In this document: piece by piece, positions 60,976 to 64,000 of the stretch
Numbering within the stretch: the stretch's first letter is position 1
Layout: every line of letters begins with the position of its first letter
From: an uncultured Chromatiaceae bacterium
Lineage (GTDB): Bacteria > Pseudomonadota > Gammaproteobacteria > Tenderiales > Tenderiaceae
Assembly (NCBI GenBank): GCA_945787785.1
Contig: CALZIO010000006.1
Coordinates: forward strand, 9,453-73,452
DNA: 64,000 nt
Direction: 5' to 3'
Notes under the pieces: model-generated
Told to the model about the DNA's origin: nothing
The model's input: only the letters and a program-made list of their open reading frames with translations
The model's database searches: none
Translations under genes and position numbers: made by a program

Positions 60976-63693
60976 ATGACCACATCGACACCAAAATCGC
61001 TCATTCTTGTTGACGGCTCATCTTATTTATATCGCGCCTTCTTTGCTCTGCCACCCCTCAACACGGCGCAAGGCCAACCCACCGGTGCGGTTTATGGCGT
61101 GGTCAATATGCTGCGCAGATTAATAAAAGATTATCAGCCCGAGCTGATGGCAGTGGTGTTTGATGCCAAGGGTAAAACGTTTCGTGATGAACTTTTCGAG
61201 GAATACAAAGCGCATCGTCCACCCATGCCTGACGAAATGCGCAGCCAGATCGAACCATTACACCAAACGGTACAGGCCATGGGTATACCAATATTGATTA
61301 TCGATGGAGTTGAAGCCGACGATGTGATTGGCACCCTGGCAACACAAGCCAGGCAGAAAGGTGTGCCGACCATCATCTCCACCGGCGATAAGGATATGGC
61401 CCAGCTGGTGGACAACAAGATCACCCTGATCAACACCATGACCAATACCACACTCGACCATGACGGCGTGGTGGAAAAATTCGGTATCCCGCCGCAAAAC
61501 ATCATCGACTACCTGGCCCTGGTGGGCGACAGCTCGGACAACATCCCCGGGGTGCCCAAGGTAGGTCCCAAGACCGCGGTGAAATGGCTGCTGGAATACG
61601 GCTCGGTTGATGGGGTCATCGCCCATGCCGACGAGATCAAAGGCAAGGTGGGCGAAAGCCTGCGCGACAATCTGGAACAGTTAAAATTGTCATACCTGCT
61701 GGCCACCATCAAATGTGACGTTGAACTGCCCCAGACACCTGAGCAGCTTAAACTTCAGGCGCCGGATACAGGAGCATTGCGTCAGCTGTTCACGCAACTT
61801 GAATTCAAGACCTGGCTCAAGCAGCTGGATGAGAGCGCGCCACCCGAGACACAGGACGAGCCAAACAACACCACCGCTGTTATTGATGCCAATTACGACA
61901 CCATCCTGGAACAGAAACAATTGGATAAGTGGATTGATAACCTAACAAAGGCCAAGCTGTTCGCCTTTGACACCGAAACCACCAGCCTGGATTACATGCA
62001 GGCCGAGATCGTTGGCGTCTCTTTTGCGGTGAAAGAAGGTGAAGCTGCCTATGTACCACTGACACATGACTACCCTGATGCCCCCCAACAGCTCCAGCGT
62101 GATGCGGTACTAAAACAACTCAAACCATTGCTCGAAGACCCGGAAAAGAAAAAAGTCGGCCAAAATCTAAAATATGACATGAGCGTGCTGGCCAATCATG
62201 GCATTACCCTACGCGGCATTGAATTCGACACCATGCTCGAATCCTATATATTCAACAGCACCGCCTCGCGCCATGACATGGATTCGCTGGCATTGGCCTA
62301 CCTCAATCATCAAACCATCCATTTTGAGGAAATCGCCGGTAAGGGTGCCAAACAAGTCACCTTCAACCAGATCCCGATTGAACAGGCAGCCCCCTATGCT
62401 GCCGAAGATGCCGATATCACTCTGCGCTTGCACCAGACGCTGTGGCCAAAGCTGGAGCAAGAGGCGGGGCTGAAAAGCGTCTTTACCGACATCGAGATTC
62501 CCCTGGTACCGATCCTGTCCCGGATCGAACGCCATGGCGTGTTAATTGATATAGCGATGCTAAAAAAACAGAGCAAAACCCTGGCAAAACGCATGCTTGA
62601 GATCGAAGAGCAGGCATTTAAAGAGGCTGGTGAAGAGTTCAACCTCAGCTCTCCCAAGCAGATCCAGGCGATTTTTTTTGACAAGTTGAGCTTGCCGATA
62701 TTACAGAAGACGCCCAAAGGCGCACCATCCACCGCCGAACCGGTTTTACAGGAGCTGGCCCTGGATTACGAACTACCACGCCTGATCCTGGAACACCGCT
62801 CCATGAGCAAACTCAAATCCACCTATACCGATAAACTGCCTGAACAGATCGATCCAGACACCGGACGGGTACACACCTCCTATCATCAGGCAGTGGCTGC
62901 CACGGGCAGATTGTCGTCTTCCGATCCTAATCTACAGAATATCCCCATCCGCAGCGAAGAGGGACGACGCATCCGCCAGGCCTTTATCGCCCCGGAGGGC
63001 TTCCAACTGGTCGCAGCCGACTACTCACAGATTGAACTACGCATTATGGCCCATTTATCAGGTGACGAAGGACTGCTGACCGCGTTTCAAGAAGGCAAGG
63101 ATATCCACAGCGCCACGGCGGCCGAGATCTTCAGTATTGCATTGGATTCCGTTGATACAAACCAGCGCCGCAGCGCCAAGGCTATCAATTTTGGCCTGAT
63201 CTACGGCATGTCCGCCTTCGGCCTGGCCAAACAACTCGGCATCGACCGCAGTGCTGCGCAGGAATATGTTGATCTCTATTTTGCCCGCTATCCGGGCGTG
63301 AACGAATTTATGGATCGCATGCGCGCCCAGGCCCATGACCAGGGCTATGTTGAAACCCTGTTCGGCCGCCGCCTTTATCTAGCCGATATCAATGCCCGTA
63401 ACGCTCAACGGCGCCAATATGCCGAACGTGCTGCCATTAATGCACCCATGCAGGGCACGGCCGCCGATATCATCAAACGATCCATGATCCACACTCATGA
63501 TTGGCTTGAGCAAAGCAAAGTAGAGGCCAGCATGATCATGCAGGTCCACGACGAACTGGTGTTTGAGGTTAAGGTGGACCAGTTGGAAGAGGCCAAAGAT
63601 GGCATTAATCGCTGTATGACCGGGGCAGCTGAGCTGGCTGTGCCACTGCTGGTGGATATCGGTGTCGGTGACAACTGGGACCAAGCCCACTAA
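60976..63693 (+). CDS. polA: DNA polymerase I
   Basis: 905 aa. 5'-nuclease N-terminus ([16 protein letters not shown]), 3'-5' exonuclease ([11 protein letters not shown]) and Pol A motifs ([32 protein letters not shown]). Confidence 0.95.
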   Translation: MTTSTPKSLILVDGSSYLYRAFFALPPLNTAQGQPTGAVYGVVNMLRRLIKDYQPELMAVVFDAKGKTFRDELFEEYKAHRPPMPDEMRSQIEPLHQTVQAMGIPILIIDGVEADDVIGTLATQARQKGVPTIISTGDKDMAQLVDNKITLINTMTNTTLDHDGVVEKFGIPPQNIIDYLALVGDSSDNIPGVPKVGPKTAVKWLLEYGSVDGVIAHADEIKGKVGESLRDNLEQLKLSYLLATIKCDVELPQTPEQLKLQAPDTGALRQLFTQLEFKTWLKQLDESAPPETQDEPNNTTAVIDANYDTILEQKQLDKWIDNLTKAKLFAFDTETTSLDYMQAEIVGVSFAVKEGEAAYVPLTHDYPDAPQQLQRDAVLKQLKPLLEDPEKKKVGQNLKYDMSVLANHGITLRGIEFDTMLESYIFNSTASRHDMDSLALAYLNHQTIHFEEIAGKGAKQVTFNQIPIEQAAPYAAEDADITLRLHQTLWPKLEQEAGLKSVFTDIEIPLVPILSRIERHGVLIDIAMLKKQSKTLAKRMLEIEEQAFKEAGEEFNLSSPKQIQAIFFDKLSLPILQKTPKGAPSTAEPVLQELALDYELPRLILEHRSMSKLKSTYTDKLPEQIDPDTGRVHTSYHQAVAATGRLSSSDPNLQNIPIRSEEGRRIRQAFIAPEGFQLVAADYSQIELRIMAHLSGDEGLLTAFQEGKDIHSATAAEIFSIALDSVDTNQRRSAKAINFGLIYGMSAFGLAKQLGIDRSAAQEYVDLYFARYPGVNEFMDRMRAQAHDQGYVETLFGRRLYLADINARNAQRRQYAERAAINAPMQGTAADIIKRSMIHTHDWLEQSKVEASMIMQVHDELVFEVKVDQLEEAKDGINRCMTGAAELAVPLLVDIGVGDNWDQAH

Positions 63694-63785
63694 CTTTTAG
63701 GCTGACAAAGCTGGGCCTGAGCACCTGACTGTTGCCCAGGCCCGGGAAAACAGCGAGCCCAATCGATCTGATACCTGGACAAATA

Positions 63786-63814
63786 TTGTCCAAATTATTT
63801 AAAAAAAGTTAAAT
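63786..63814 (+). promoter_or_regulatory. sigma70-type promoter candidate for the downstream sRNA candidate
   Basis: TTGTCC (63786-63791), 17-nt A/T-rich spacer, TTAAAT (63809-63814). The -35 element is overlapped by the palindrome TGGACA-aatat-TGTCCA (63776-63792). Confidence 0.45.
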
Positions 63815-63820
63815 TCGCCC

Positions 63821-63980
63821 TTGAACTTTCCAAGGTAGTGCCGATCTATACATGTGAGCGCTGCCCTTTGCGCTTACCCCGCTCTCCCTCCCTGAGCGGG
63901 AACCCCTCTACCCGACCCCCCCAAGTCGGGTTTAGACTTTTAGCCCCGGACTCCCTCCAATTGTTCCGGGGCTTTTTTTA
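63821..63980 (+). ncRNA. candidate ~160-nt structured sRNA downstream of polA
   Basis: No ORF. Four consecutive hairpins: AGCGC/GCGCT at 63857-63874, CCCGCTC/GAGCGGG at 63878-63900, ACCCGAC/GTCGGGT at 63910-63931, and the terminator AGCCCCGGA/TCCGGGGCT at 63942-63973 followed by T7. The 5' end is inferred from the promoter candidate only. Confidence 0.45.
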
Positions 63981-64000
63981 TTCCCCTGAAACAACCAAAT

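Noticed and set aside
63821-63980. Identification of the polA-downstream RNA candidate as Spot 42 (spf).
   Set aside because: Only the genomic position is analogous. The sequence is C-rich and shows none of the Spot 42 sequence I remember, so no homology is claimed.

Overview
This 64-kb window looks like gammaproteobacterial-type chromosome. It is tightly packed with about 70 genes, nearly all core housekeeping. In order: prfA (3' end)-prmC, a JAMM/MPN protein, a SIMPL-like protein, a globin-like protein, gatCAB, the cell-shape cluster mreB-mreC-mreD-mrdA-rodA-mltB, a MidA-type methyltransferase, a pteridine-reductase-like SDR, an HD-GYP protein, folK-folB, plsY, nfeD-like, DUF2007, an lpxL-like acyltransferase, cytochrome c4, a SAM methyltransferase, trkH-trkA, an NtrY/NtrX-like two-component pair with DUF4390, rsmB-fmt-def, LysM protein-dprA-smg-topA, a cysB-like regulator, a DUF4124 protein, uvrD, a split TRAP transporter locus (dctP ... 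dctM-dctQ) containing an orphan FliL-like gene, a complete 12-gene type II secretion operon (gspCDEFGHIJKLMN, minus strand), DUF2782, a LOG-family protein and polA. I saw no rRNA, tRNA or CRISPR array. I did not find a convincing large multi-gene novel system such as a defence island. The unexplained signal is small-scale. (1) An AT-richer accessory islet at 13.2-15.9 kb holds a decayed DDE transposase gene and two same-strand ORFs with very strong Shine-Dalgarno sites, framed by repeated boundary sequences: a secreted 178-aa orphan protein and a 45-aa acidic Cys-rich peptide. (2) An unusually long, highly structured 229-nt spacer separates mrdA and rodA; a 20-bp long-range duplex pairs the end of the mrdA coding sequence with the sequence abutting the rodA SD. 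(3) A promoter-plus-terminator-bounded candidate sRNA lies downstream of polA, with CCUCC-type anti-SD motifs in its hairpin loops. (4) A cluster of DnaA boxes sits in the AT-rich gap upstream of the gsp operon. (5) mreC appears to need an ATT start codon. (6) A long imperfect palindrome lies between gatA and gatB. (7) A small-gene islet lies upstream of uvrD. All functional calls rest on my recognition of motifs in the supplied translations; no database search was run.
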